Assembly (NCBI GenBank): GCA_036676985.1
Contig: JAKFBU010000023.1
Location: 224,001-288,000, forward strand
Origin: Candidatus Sericytochromatia bacterium
Lineage (GTDB): Bacteria; Cyanobacteriota; Sericytochromatia; S15B-MN24; UBA4093
DNA: 64,000 nt
Direction: 5' to 3'
Position 1 is the stretch's first letter. Every line of letters starts with the position of its first letter. Shown in pieces: positions 26,097 to 35,946 of the stretch. Both the position numbers and the translations under genes were made by a program. The notes under the pieces were generated by a model that was not told the DNA's origin, searched no databases, and saw nothing but the letters and a program-made list of their open reading frames with translations.

Positions 26097-26696
26097 CTAT
26101 TGCATGCGACGAATGACGGCCACGACCCGACCCTGGATGGTGACCGCTGGGACCCGGATGGGCTCCATGCTGGAATTGGCGGGCTGCAGCCGGATGTGGT
26201 CCGCCTCGCGGTACAGGCGCTTGAGGGTGGCCTCCCCATCCGGCAAGAGGGCCACGACGATCTCGCCGTTGCGGGCGGTGGCCTGGGGACGGACCACGAC
26301 GTAGTCGCCGTCGGCGATGTGGTCCTCGATCATGCTCTCCCCTTTGACCCGCAAGAGAAAGGTGCCGGCCAGCTGCAGGTCCTCGGCGAGTTGCAGGGAT
26401 TCCCTCGACTCGATGGCTTCGATGGGCCGACCCGCGGCGATGCGTCCCATCACGGGGAGCCGGTAGGGGTCGGGCCGCTCGACCTTGTCGGTGAGGCGCA
26501 GGTTGCGGCTCACGCCCGGCTCCCGATCCAGGTAACCCTTGCGCTCGAGGGCACGCAGGTGGTCCTGGATGGTGCCCGGCGCCTTGACGCCCAGGGCGGC
26601 CGCCAGCTCCCGAACGGTCGGGACCTGCCCGTGGCGCTCATGGTGCTCGACGATGCGATCGAGCAGCTCGCGCTGACGGGCCGTCAAGTCGTCCAT
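26097..26696 (-). CDS. lexA: SOS repressor LexA
   Basis: LTARQREL, PTVREL wHTH; IAAGRP cleavage site; GESM Ser and TLKR Lys dyad. Confidence 0.96.
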   Translation of the reverse strand: MDDLTARQRELLDRIVEHHERHGQVPTVRELAAALGVKAPGTIQDHLRALERKGYLDREPGVSRNLRLTDKVERPDPYRLPVMGRIAAGRPIEAIESRESLQLAEDLQLAGTFLLRVKGESMIEDHIADGDYVVVRPQATARNGEIVVALLPDGEATLKRLYREADHIRLQPANSSMEPIRVPAVTIQGRVVAVIRRMQ

Positions 26697-26780
26697 TCAC
26701 CCTCCCCCGCGCCGCATCCGGCATCGATCGGCCTGCCAAATGCCTTCGAAAGCCCGTTTCATGCGGCGACTTGCATGAAC

Positions 26781-26820
26781 CATACACTTGTATGGTAAGG
26801 TAGAACAAACGTTCCGTCAA
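26781..26820 (-). promoter_or_regulatory. lexA promoter with SOS box(es)
   Basis: TTGACG-N17-TACCAT; GAAC-N4-GTTC (26803-26814) in the spacer; second palindrome CATAC-N4-GTATG (26781-26794). Confidence 0.85.
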
Positions 26821-26901
26821 GGGCTTGCCCAGGGAATAGGCAGACACGAATTGTTATGCTATAGTTTTAAGATGTGTTAAGCACTCAGGGAGGCAATTGC
26901 C

Positions 26902-27081
26902 ATGAACGGGCTCGAACAAACCGGACACAAGGTCGGACTGCTCACCCTGCTTACGGTCTGCCACTCGTTGAGCCGTGCGCCCAAGCGGCAGCACGAGGCG
27001 CTCGCCCATTTCACGCGGCGCTCTCAGGGGCTGGGGCTCGGCTTCATGCTGTCCTGGTCGGCCCGTCCGCGCCGGCGCTAA
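26902..27081 (+). CDS. 59-aa hypothetical protein divergent from lexA
   Basis: GGGAGG RBS; extended -10 TGnTATAGT at 26857-26865; MNGLEQTGHKVGLLTLLTVCHSLSRAPKRQHEALAHFTRRSQGLGLGFMLSWSARPRRR. Confidence 0.5.
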   Translation: MNGLEQTGHKVGLLTLLTVCHSLSRAPKRQHEALAHFTRRSQGLGLGFMLSWSARPRRR

Positions 27082-27118
27082 CCCCCCAACTCACGCGAAA
27101 ACCACGCCGGGGTGTCGG

Positions 27119-27147
27119 TTGCACCCCGGCTTTTGGGTTGATATACT
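27119..27147 (+). promoter_or_regulatory. rnpB promoter
   Basis: TTGCAC-N17-TATACT. Confidence 0.75.
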
Positions 27148-27154
27148 GACATGG

Positions 27155-27604
27155 TCAGTGGGACGGGCGATCGCGGGATCTGGAGGACCCCTCCAGGACC
27201 TGAGGAAAGTCCGAGCTCCATAGGGTAGGACGCTGGGTAACGCCCAGTGGGGGAAACCCCGAGGATAGTGCCACAGAAAGATACCGCCCGACGCATTCGT
27301 CGCACCATTGCCGCGCTCCAACGCGTCATGATATGGCCGAACGGCTACCGAACCGAACGCGGCTGTGCAGGTGCCTGGATCCACTAGGTGTCGGGTAAGG
27401 GTGCAAAGGTGGGGTAAGAGCCCACCAGCAGCCGGGTGACCGGCTGGCTAGGTAAACCCCGTCCGGAGCAAGACCAAACAGGGGAAGTTGACGCGACCCG
27501 CCGATTCCCCGGGTTAGGTCGCTCGAGGCGATGGGCAACCATCGTCCCAGATAGATGATCGCCCCCTCCGCGGGGGGACAGAACTCGGCTTACAGGCCCA
27601 CTGA
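27155..27604 (+). ncRNA. rnpB: RNase P RNA, bacterial class A
   Basis: GAGGAAAGTCC, AGTGCCACAGAAA, GGTAAGAG, GGTAAACCCC, GAGCAAGACC, ACAGAACTCGGCTTA; P1 TCAGTGGG/CCCACTGA. Confidence 0.97.
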
Positions 27605-27688
27605 CACGGGGCGAGACCGCGGTCTCGCCCCTTCTTTACTCCAGCCTGTGCGCATGGTCACAGCAGTTACGAGAGGGGATGGCCTAGC

Positions 27689-28615
27689 GTGGTGGAGGCC
27701 AATTATCATCTGCCGGTGCTGCCCGACGAGGTCCTGGCGGCCTTGGCGCCCGAAAAGGGGGGCAAGGTGCTGGACGGCACGCTCGGAGGCGGAGGCCATG
27801 CGGCCCTCCTCTTTCAGGCGGTGGGTCCCGAGGGCTTCCTCTACGGCATCGACCAGGACCCCCGGGCCCTGCAAGAAGCCGAGGCACGACTGGCGGCGAT
27901 TGGCCCCAACTTCGAACTGAGGCGCGGCAACTTCGGAGAGGTCCTCCAGTCGTGGCCGCCCGAGCCCTTGGACGGCATCCTGCTCGACATCGGGGTCTCG
28001 AGCCACCAGCTGGACACCCCGGAGCGCGGATTCTCGTTTTGGCGGGAGGGACCCCTCGACATGCGGATGGATCCGAACGCCCCGACCACCGCGGCGGATC
28101 TGGTCAACCAGCTCGACGAGCGGTCCCTCGCGGACCTGTTGTTCCGCTACGGCGAGGAGCGTCTCTCGCGCCCCGTCGCCCGGGCCATCGTGGCGCGCCG
28201 CCAGCAAAAGCCCTTCGAAACCACCACCGAGCTCTCGGACGTCGTCAGCCGGGTGGTCCCCCGCAGCAAGGACGGCATCCATCCCGCCACGCGCACCTTC
28301 CAGGGCCTGCGCATCGCCGTCAACGACGAGCTGGGCGTCCTGGAGCGGGCCCTGCCCGCGGCCGTCCAGCGCCTCAAGCCGGGCGGCCGGCTCGCGGTGA
28401 TCACCTTCCACTCGCTCGAGGACCGGATCGTCAAGCAGTTCATGCGCGCCGAGGAGAAGGGCTGCGTCTGCCCGCCCCGCATCCCCATGTGCGTCTGCGG
28501 CAAGGCCCCGACCGTGGAGGTCGAGACGTCCAAGCCCATCATCGCCACGGCCGAGGAGACCGACCGGAACCCGCGCGCGCGGTCGGCCAAGCTCCGCGTC
28601 GCCAGGAGGATCTGA
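27689..28615 (+). CDS. rsmH: 16S rRNA m4C1402 methyltransferase
   Basis: HLPVL, DGTLGGGGH, DIGVSS, PLDMRM, FHSLEDR, NPRARSAKLR. Confidence 0.96.
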   Translation: MVEANYHLPVLPDEVLAALAPEKGGKVLDGTLGGGGHAALLFQAVGPEGFLYGIDQDPRALQEAEARLAAIGPNFELRRGNFGEVLQSWPPEPLDGILLDIGVSSHQLDTPERGFSFWREGPLDMRMDPNAPTTAADLVNQLDERSLADLLFRYGEERLSRPVARAIVARRQQKPFETTTELSDVVSRVVPRSKDGIHPATRTFQGLRIAVNDELGVLERALPAAVQRLKPGGRLAVITFHSLEDRIVKQFMRAEEKGCVCPPRIPMCVCGKAPTVEVETSKPIIATAEETDRNPRARSAKLRVARRI

Positions 28616-28616
28616 C

Positions 28617-29024
28617 ATGCCGGTGGCCTCTCCCAACGCCCGGGCCCTGCCCGCCCTGCGCACGCCCCCCACGCGCCGACCCGGCTGGAACGTGCTAATG
28701 CCGCGCCGCGCGGGTACGTCATGGCTGACGATCGCCCTGTCGGGGCTGCTTGCGGCCAACGTCGGCCTCTACGTCGTGACCGTCATCCAGGAGGCCGGTC
28801 TCAACCGCACCCAGGCGGACCTGCTCGCCAAGCGCCGTGAGAACGTGCGCCTACGGGCCGAGCGAGCCTCGGCGGAGGCACCGGATCGGATCGAGGCCCG
28901 TGCGGTCGCCGAGTTGCACCTGGAGCCCGGCAAGAGCCCCTGGCTGCTGCCCGCGCCGCCCGCGCTCCCCGAGAGCCCGGTACGCCTGGCCAAGCCGACC
29001 TTTGGAGTACCCGAGGCCTATTAA
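28617..29024 (+). CDS. ftsL: FtsL-like cell division protein
   Basis: Single TM + coiled coil + RIEARA..L; position between rsmH and PBP. Confidence 0.65.
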   Translation: MPVASPNARALPALRTPPTRRPGWNVLMPRRAGTSWLTIALSGLLAANVGLYVVTVIQEAGLNRTQADLLAKRRENVRLRAERASAEAPDRIEARAVAELHLEPGKSPWLLPAPPALPESPVRLAKPTFGVPEAY

Positions 29025-29026
29025 GA

Positions 29027-30760
29027 ATGGCGCGCCACCAAACCATTCGCGCCCGTAGCAGCTGGATCTACGGCACCCTCGCGCTCGGCGCCCTGGCCCT
29101 CTGCGGCCGCATGGTCTTCCTCCAGGTCTTCCAGGCCCCCCACCTGACGTCCTTGGCGCGCGAGCAGCGCACCCGCGAAGTGGACCTCGCCTCGGTGCGC
29201 GGCGAGATCGTCGATCGCAACGGTAGGGAGCTCGCCGTCTCGGTGGACGCGGCCTCCGTCTACGCGCAGCCCGTCGACTTCGAGCTCGAGCCCGCCCAGA
29301 TCGCCGCCCGCCTCGCCCCGGTGCTCAAGCGGGACGCCGCCGAGCTCGAGAAGGGCCTCCAGGGACGCCACTGGCGCTGGCTCCTGCGGCAGCAGGACCA
29401 GGAGGTGGGCAAGGCCGTCAAGGCCCTCAAGATCTCGGGCATCGGCGTCATCCGCGAGTCCAAGCGCCTGTATCCCAAAGAGACGCTCGCCGCCGCCCTG
29501 ATCGGCTTCGTCGGCGTGGACAACCAGGGCCTCGCGGGCATCGAGCGCTACTTCGACCACGTCCTGCGCGGCGGCTCCCAGAAGCTCCTGGTGCAGGTGG
29601 ACGCCCGGGGCCGCGAGATCCTGCGCGAGAACAGCGGCTCGCCCCTGCGGACGCTGCTCACGGACGGCGCCCGGGTGGTCCTGACCCTCGACGAGACCAT
29701 CCAGCACATCGCCCAGCGCGAGCTCGCGCTCGCCATCGAGAAGCTGAAGGCCAAGCGAGGGGCCGTGCTCGTCATGAACGCCAAGACGGGCGACCTCTTG
29801 GCCTATGCGACCTTGCCGTCGTACGACCCGAACCACTACCGCGAGGCCGACTGGAGCCTCATCAAGAACTGGGTGGCGCAGGACGTCTACGAGCCGGGCT
29901 CCACCATCAAGATCTTCACGGTGGCGAGCGCCCTCCAGGCGGGGGTCGTCACGACCTCGACCCGCTTTCCCTGCGGCCCCACCATCAAGATCGGCAAGCA
30001 CACCATCTCGGACCACGACGCCCCGGCGGGCATCCGGCAGCTCGACCTCGAGCAGATCCTGGAACACTCGTCGAACGTCGGGTCCCTGCAGGTGGGCCTG
30101 CGGATGCCCGAGGCCTTCCACCGGTCCATGCTGACCCGCTTCGGCTTCGGCGCGGTCACGCAGTCGGGCATCGGAGGCGAGAGCAAGGGCCTGTTGCCGC
30201 CCTTGCCCTGGCCGACCATGCGGCAAGGCTCCATCTCCTTCGGCTACGGCCTCTCCGTGACGCCCCTGCAGATCGTCACGGCCGCCACGGCCATCGCGGA
30301 CGAGGGACGGCTGCACCCGCCGCGGCTCATCGACAAGGTGGTGAGCCCGGACGGCAAGGTCCTGCAGGAGTTCCCGCAGGCCACCGCGAGCCAGGTCATC
30401 TCGCCGGAGGTCTCGCGCCAGATGCTCTCGATGCTGCAGCAGGTCGTGGACACCGGAACCGGGACAGCGGCGAAGGTCCCGGGGTATAATGTGGCGGGCA
30501 AGACGGGCACGGCGAACAAGTCCCGCGAGTCGGGCGGCGGCTACACTTCCGACGTCATTGCCTCTTTTTTGGGTTTCGCGCCGGCAGAAAAGCCGCAACT
30601 CGTCGTGCTCGCGTTGCTAGACAGCCCTCAGAATGCCCACTATGCGAGCTTGACCGCCGTGCCCTTGTTCCAGGCAGTCGTCAGGCAGACGCTTCCCTAC
30701 CTGGGCATCATGCCGTACGTTCCGATCGAGCAGAAAGTGACGTCCCATGCAACTCGCTGA
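29027..30760 (+). CDS. ftsI: Class B penicillin-binding protein (FtsI/PBP3)
   Basis: RGEIVDRNG, EPGSTIK (SxxK), SSNVG, AGKTGTA. Confidence 0.9.
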   Translation: MARHQTIRARSSWIYGTLALGALALCGRMVFLQVFQAPHLTSLAREQRTREVDLASVRGEIVDRNGRELAVSVDAASVYAQPVDFELEPAQIAARLAPVLKRDAAELEKGLQGRHWRWLLRQQDQEVGKAVKALKISGIGVIRESKRLYPKETLAAALIGFVGVDNQGLAGIERYFDHVLRGGSQKLLVQVDARGREILRENSGSPLRTLLTDGARVVLTLDETIQHIAQRELALAIEKLKAKRGAVLVMNAKTGDLLAYATLPSYDPNHYREADWSLIKNWVAQDVYEPGSTIKIFTVASALQAGVVTTSTRFPCGPTIKIGKHTISDHDAPAGIRQLDLEQILEHSSNVGSLQVGLRMPEAFHRSMLTRFGFGAVTQSGIGGESKGLLPPLPWPTMRQGSISFGYGLSVTPLQIVTAATAIADEGRLHPPRLIDKVVSPDGKVLQEFPQATASQVISPEVSRQMLSMLQQVVDTGTGTAAKVPGYNVAGKTGTANKSRESGGGYTSDVIASFLGFAPAEKPQLVVLALLDSPQNAHYASLTAVPLFQAVVRQTLPYLGIMPYVPIEQKVTSHATR

Positions 30761-32219
30761 GCTGATGGCAGGATTCCGGGAGGCCTCGGGCCGCCCGCTT
30801 TCGGGTGAGGCCGCCGGGGTCGCCTACGACTCGCGCCGCGTCGAGCCGGGTGCCGTCTTCGTGGCCCTCAAGGGCGCCCGCGTGGACGCCCACGATCGCC
30901 TGGACGAGGTGATCGCCAAGGGCGCCTCCGCCGTGGTGGTCGACGCGGCCTGGTACGCGCGCGCGGGCCGCGACCTCGGCCTGCCCACCTTCCCGGTGTC
31001 GGACGGCCGGCAGGTGCTCGCCCAGCTCGCCGACCGCTTCTTCGGGCATCCGTCGGGCGCTCTGGCCGTGGTCGGCGTGACGGGCACCAACGGCAAGACC
31101 ACCACCACCCACCTGATCGAGGCCATCCTCCAGGATGCCGGTCAGACGACGGGCCTCATCGGCACCCTCGGCAGCCGCTTCTCGGGGGGCACCATCGAGA
31201 CGGGCCACACGACGCCGCAGGCCCTCGAGCTGCAGGGCATCTTCGCCCAGATGCGCCGCGCCGGCGTGCAGTCGGTGGTCATGGAGGTGAGCTCGCACGC
31301 GCTCGACCAGGCCCGCGTGGCCTGCACCTCCTTCAAGGTCGGCGTCTTCACCAACCTGACGGTCGATCACCTGGACTACCACGGGACCATGGAGGCCTAC
31401 GGCGCCGCCAAGGCCAAGCTCTTCGAGGGCCTGCCGCCGGAGGGTCGGGCGGTCATCAACCGCGACGATCCCGAGTCCGAGCGCTTCATCCAGGCGAGTG
31501 CGGCCCCCGTGCTCACCTACTCGGCCATGGGTCAGCCCGCCGACGTGCACGCCGAGGCCCTCGACATGCACCCGGGCGGCAGCAACTTCACGCTCGTGAC
31601 GCCCGCGGGCAGCGTGCCGGTCTCCCTGCGCCTGCCGGGCCTCTTCAACGTCTCCAACGCGCTCGCGGCCGCCGGAGCCGCCCTCGCCCTCGGCGTCGAC
31701 CTGCCGTCCATCGCCCGCGGCCTCGGCCGCATGCGCGGCGTGCCCGGCCGGGTCGAGGTCGTCACGACCCCGGACAACCCCTTCACCGTCCTCGTGGACT
31801 ACGCCCACACCCCGGACGGCCTCGAGAACGTCCTCAAGACGGCCCGCGCCTTCACCCGGGGCGAGCTCATCGTCGTCTTCGGCTGTGGGGGCGATCGCGA
31901 CGCCACCAAGCGCCCGCAGATGGGGGCCATCGCGTCCAACCTGGCCGATCGGGTCTTTCTGACCTCGGACAACCCGCGCTCGGAGGACCCCCAGGAGATC
32001 ATGCGCCAGGTCGCAGCCGGCATCACGGGCCCCTTCGAGGCCGTCGTCGACCGCGCCGAGGCCATCCGCCGGGCCATCGAGGCCGCCAAGCCCCAGGACG
32101 TGGTCGTCATCGCGGGCAAGGGCCACGAGACCTACCAGATCATCGGCGATCGGACGTTGCCCTTCGACGACCGCGAGGTGGCCAGGGCCGCGATCCAGAC
32201 GAGGACGGTGGCGCCATGA
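30747..32219 (+). CDS. murE: UDP-MurNAc-dipeptide--meso-DAP ligase
   Basis: GVTGTNGKTT, DYAHTPD, DNPR (DAP-type), AGKGHE. Confidence 0.95.
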   Translation: MQLAELMAGFREASGRPLSGEAAGVAYDSRRVEPGAVFVALKGARVDAHDRLDEVIAKGASAVVVDAAWYARAGRDLGLPTFPVSDGRQVLAQLADRFFGHPSGALAVVGVTGTNGKTTTTHLIEAILQDAGQTTGLIGTLGSRFSGGTIETGHTTPQALELQGIFAQMRRAGVQSVVMEVSSHALDQARVACTSFKVGVFTNLTVDHLDYHGTMEAYGAAKAKLFEGLPPEGRAVINRDDPESERFIQASAAPVLTYSAMGQPADVHAEALDMHPGGSNFTLVTPAGSVPVSLRLPGLFNVSNALAAAGAALALGVDLPSIARGLGRMRGVPGRVEVVTTPDNPFTVLVDYAHTPDGLENVLKTARAFTRGELIVVFGCGGDRDATKRPQMGAIASNLADRVFLTSDNPRSEDPQEIMRQVAAGITGPFEAVVDRAEAIRRAIEAAKPQDVVVIAGKGHETYQIIGDRTLPFDDREVARAAIQTRTVAP

Positions 32220-33586
32220 GCCTGACGCTCGACGCCGTCCTCCGGGCCACCGGCGGCAAGCTGCTCGCGGGGAGTGCCGACCTCGCCCTCAAGGGCGTCA
32301 CGACCGACACGCGGGCCATCGAGCCGGGCACCCTCTTCATCCCCCTCAAGGGCGAGCGCTTCGACGGGCACCAGTTCATCGATCAGGCGGCCGAGAAGGG
32401 TGCCAGCGCCTTTCTGATCGGCCGGGACGACGTGGCCCTGCCCGCGGGGCGCGCGGCCGTGCGGGTCGAGGATACGCTCGCGGCCTACGGGGACATCGCC
32501 CGCCACTGGCGCGAGCACCTGGGACTGGCCGTCATCGCCGTGACGGGCTCCTCGGGCAAGACCTCGACCAAGGAGATGATCGCGGCGGTGCTCGGGCGCT
32601 TCTTGCGGGTGGGCAAGAGCCACGCCAACTTCAACAACGAGGTGGGCGTCCCCAAGACCCTGCTCTCCATGGTCCCCGGCGACGAGGCCTGCATCGTCGA
32701 GATGGGCATGCGCGGCCCCGGCGAGATCGCCTACCTCGCCTCGGTGGCGCGCCCCACCATCGGCGTCATCACCAACGTGGGCACGGCCCACATCGAGCGG
32801 CTCGGCACCCAGGAGGCGATCGCCAAGGCCAAGGGCGAGCTGTTGCGGGTGGGCGGCCCCACCATGACGGCCGTGCTCAACGGCGACGATCCCCTGGTCA
32901 TGAAGGAGGGCCTGGACCATCTGGGCCCGGTCACGACCTTCAGCCTGCGCGACCCCAAGGCCACGGTGTGGGCCGAGGGCGCGGGCCGCACCTTCGTCGC
33001 CCACTGGCTGGGCAGCGAGCTGGTGCCCGCGGGATCGACCCGGATCACCCTGCCCCATGCGGGCCCCCACCACCAGCAGAACGCGCTGGCGGCCATCGCC
33101 GTCGCCCGGCTACTGGGCTTCACGCTGCCCCTTGAGGTGGACCTCGAGCCCGAGGAGCTGCCCGGCCGCGCCCGGGTGGTGCGCCTGGGGGACCTGGAGG
33201 TCGTGGACGAGACCTACAACGCCAACCCCGAGTCCATGCGGGCGTCGCTCGCTGGCTTCTGCCTCGAGCCCTGCCGGGGCCGTCGGGTGGCCGTCCTCGG
33301 CGACATGGGCGAGCTCGGCAACTACGCCGAGGTGGGCCACCGGGCCGTGGGCGACGCCGTGCGCGACGCGGACATCCACCGGCTCTTCACGGTGGGCGAG
33401 AAGGCGCGCTGGATCGCCGAGCAGGCTCCCGAGAAGGCGGAGCATTTCGACACCAAGGAGGCCCTCGCCGAGGCCCTCCTCGACTACCTGTTGCCCGGCG
33501 ATCGCGTGTTCCTCAAGGGCTCGCGCTCGTCACGCATGGAAGACATCCTGAAAGCCCTCGAAGCCCGCCTGGGAGAACACGCTTGA
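32216..33586 (+). CDS. murF: UDP-MurNAc-tripeptide--D-Ala-D-Ala ligase
   Basis: TGSSGKTSTKE, NNEVG, YNANPES, GDMGELG, KGSR. Confidence 0.95.
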   Translation: MSLTLDAVLRATGGKLLAGSADLALKGVTTDTRAIEPGTLFIPLKGERFDGHQFIDQAAEKGASAFLIGRDDVALPAGRAAVRVEDTLAAYGDIARHWREHLGLAVIAVTGSSGKTSTKEMIAAVLGRFLRVGKSHANFNNEVGVPKTLLSMVPGDEACIVEMGMRGPGEIAYLASVARPTIGVITNVGTAHIERLGTQEAIAKAKGELLRVGGPTMTAVLNGDDPLVMKEGLDHLGPVTTFSLRDPKATVWAEGAGRTFVAHWLGSELVPAGSTRITLPHAGPHHQQNALAAIAVARLLGFTLPLEVDLEPEELPGRARVVRLGDLEVVDETYNANPESMRASLAGFCLEPCRGRRVAVLGDMGELGNYAEVGHRAVGDAVRDADIHRLFTVGEKARWIAEQAPEKAEHFDTKEALAEALLDYLLPGDRVFLKGSRSSRMEDILKALEARLGEHA

Positions 33587-34560
33587 CCCACCTGCCGCTC
33601 GCCCTCACCGTGGCCATCAGCATGGTCCTCGCCATCCTGATGGGCAATCCCTTCATCGAGTACCTGCGCCGCTGGAAGGTGGGGCAGTCCATCCGGGAAG
33701 AGGGTCCCCAGTCCCACCACGCCAAGGCGGGCACGCCCACCATGGGCGGCTGGATCATCGTGGTCCCGGCCGTCGTCACGGCCCTCGGGGTCGGCGCCCT
33801 CCAGGGCGGCGTCCACCCCGACATGCTGGCCGTCATCGGCGTCATCCTGGGCTGCGGCTTCTTCGGGTGGCTGGACGACTACCTCATCATCAAGCGCAAG
33901 TCGAACAAGGGCCTCTCCGCCCGCCAGAAGATGGGCGGCGTGATCCTGGTCGGCGTGCTCTTCTCGGTGTACCTCGCCATGACCGGCCACGGCACGGCGA
34001 TCATGGTGCCCGTCACCCACGCCATGTGGGACCTGGGCTGGGCCTACTACCCCTTGCTCGTGCTCGTCATCGCCGGCACCACCAACGCCGTCAACCTCAC
34101 GGACGGCCTGGACGGACTCGCGGCGGGCACCATGGCGATCGCGCTCGCGGCCTTCGCCTTCATGCTAAGCCAGTACGCCACCTTCGACTCGTTGGGCAGC
34201 ATCATGGTGCTCGTGCTCGCGGTCATCGGCGGGTGCCTGGGCTTCCTCTGGTACAACTCGCACCCGGCGCAGGTGTTCATGGGCGACACGGGCAGCCTGG
34301 CCCTGGGCGGGGCCATCGCGGCCTGCGCCGTGATGGGCCGGCTCGAGCTCTACCTCATTCCCATCGGGGCCATCTTCGTGGCCGAGACGCTCTCGGTCAT
34401 CATCCAGGTGACCTCCTTCAAGACCACCGGCAAGCGGGTCTTCAAGATGAGCCCCCTGCACCACCACTTCGAACTCTCGGGCTGGAAGGAGACGAAAGTC
34501 GTCCAGCGCTTCTACCTCATCGGACTCCTCATGGCGATCCTCACGATCGCCCTGCTTTAA
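33583..34560 (+). CDS. mraY: Phospho-MurNAc-pentapeptide transferase
   Basis: KAGTPTMGG, NAVNLTDGLDGL, FMGDTGS, PLHHHFE. Confidence 0.96.
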   Translation: MTHLPLALTVAISMVLAILMGNPFIEYLRRWKVGQSIREEGPQSHHAKAGTPTMGGWIIVVPAVVTALGVGALQGGVHPDMLAVIGVILGCGFFGWLDDYLIIKRKSNKGLSARQKMGGVILVGVLFSVYLAMTGHGTAIMVPVTHAMWDLGWAYYPLLVLVIAGTTNAVNLTDGLDGLAAGTMAIALAAFAFMLSQYATFDSLGSIMVLVLAVIGGCLGFLWYNSHPAQVFMGDTGSLALGGAIAACAVMGRLELYLIPIGAIFVAETLSVIIQVTSFKTTGKRVFKMSPLHHHFELSGWKETKVVQRFYLIGLLMAILTIALL

Positions 34561-34569
34561 GGAAACGTC

Positions 34570-35946
34570 ATGACCGACTGGCAGGACAAGAAAATCGCCA
34601 TCCTCGGCATCGCGCGCTCGGGCCTCGCCTGTGCGGCGGTGCTCAAGGGCCTCGGGGCCGAGGTCATCCTGAGCGACGTGCGCTCGGCGGAGGACCTCGC
34701 GGAGATCCTCAAGACGGCCCCCGAAGGCGTGCAGATCGAGACGGGCGGCCACTCCAGCGCCTGCCTGGACGCCGACGTCATCATCGTGAGCCCGGGCGTG
34801 CCCAAGAACCTCGCCATCCTCCAGGCCGCCGAAGCAGACGGCGTCGAGGTGATCGGCGAGATCGAGCTCGCCTACCGCTTGACGTCGGCCCCCATCGTGG
34901 CCATCACGGGCACCAACGGGAAGACGACCACCACCACGCTGATCGGCGAGATTCTCGCGGCCGCGGGCAAGCATGCCCCGGTCGGCGGCAACATCGGCAT
35001 CCCCTTGGTCTCCTTGGCCCAGGAGCCCTCGGACTACCTGGTGGCCGAGGTCTCGAGCTTCCAGATGGAGACGGTCTCGGACTTCAAGCCCCACGTGGCG
35101 CTCTGGATCAACTTCTCGGACGACCACCTCAACCGCCACGGCTCGCGCGAGGCCTACTGGGAAGCCAAGAAGCGCCTGTTCGCGAAGCAAGGCCCCGAGG
35201 ACTGGGCCATCCTGAACGCCGACGACCCGGCCATCCAGCCCCTCATCGGGGCGCTTACCGCCCGGACGCTGGCCTTCTCGCGGCGCGGGGAGCTCGCAGA
35301 GGGCGTGATCCTGGCCGACGGCCAGATCGTCCACCGCACGCCGGCCGGCGACACGCCCATCGTGAGCGTCGCGGAGATCCCCCTGCGCGGGGCCCACAAC
35401 CTCGAGAACTGCCTCGCGGCCTCGGCGGTGGGCGTCGCCCTCGGCCTGGAGCCTGCGGCGATCGCCCGCGCCATCCGGGAGTTCAAGGCCGTCGAGCACC
35501 GCATCGAGCCGGTCCTGACCCTCGAGGGCGTGCAGTACTTCAACGACTCCAAGGGCACCAACTACGACTCGACCATCAAGGCCATCGAGAGCTTCGAGGA
35601 GCCCCTGGTGCTCATCGCCGGCGGCCGCGACAAGGGCGGCGCCATCGACCCCCTGGTGACGGCCATCAGCGGGCGGGTCGCTCACGTGGTGCTCCTGGGC
35701 GAGGCGGCCCCGTACTTCGAGCGCGTGCTCCGGGCGGGCGGCTACCAGGAGATCACCATGGCCACCGACCTCGCGGGCGCCATTCGCGAGGCCCACGCCC
35801 ACGCGACCCAGGGCGGGGTGGTGCTCTTCAGCCCGGCCTGCACCAGTTTCGACATGTTCAACAACTACGAGGAGCGAGGCCGCGCGTTCAAGGCCCTGGT
35901 CCATGACCTGGCCGCCGAGCGAGCGGGCGATGTCGTCGGAGCGTAG
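34570..35946 (+). CDS. murD: UDP-MurNAc-L-Ala--D-Glu ligase
   Basis: SPG, ITGTNGKTTTT, EVSSFQ, NDSKGTN, SPACTSFD. Confidence 0.96.
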   Translation: MTDWQDKKIAILGIARSGLACAAVLKGLGAEVILSDVRSAEDLAEILKTAPEGVQIETGGHSSACLDADVIIVSPGVPKNLAILQAAEADGVEVIGEIELAYRLTSAPIVAITGTNGKTTTTTLIGEILAAAGKHAPVGGNIGIPLVSLAQEPSDYLVAEVSSFQMETVSDFKPHVALWINFSDDHLNRHGSREAYWEAKKRLFAKQGPEDWAILNADDPAIQPLIGALTARTLAFSRRGELAEGVILADGQIVHRTPAGDTPIVSVAEIPLRGAHNLENCLAASAVGVALGLEPAAIARAIREFKAVEHRIEPVLTLEGVQYFNDSKGTNYDSTIKAIESFEEPLVLIAGGRDKGGAIDPLVTAISGRVAHVVLLGEAAPYFERVLRAGGYQEITMATDLAGAIREAHAHATQGGVVLFSPACTSFDMFNNYEERGRAFKALVHDLAAERAGDVVGA

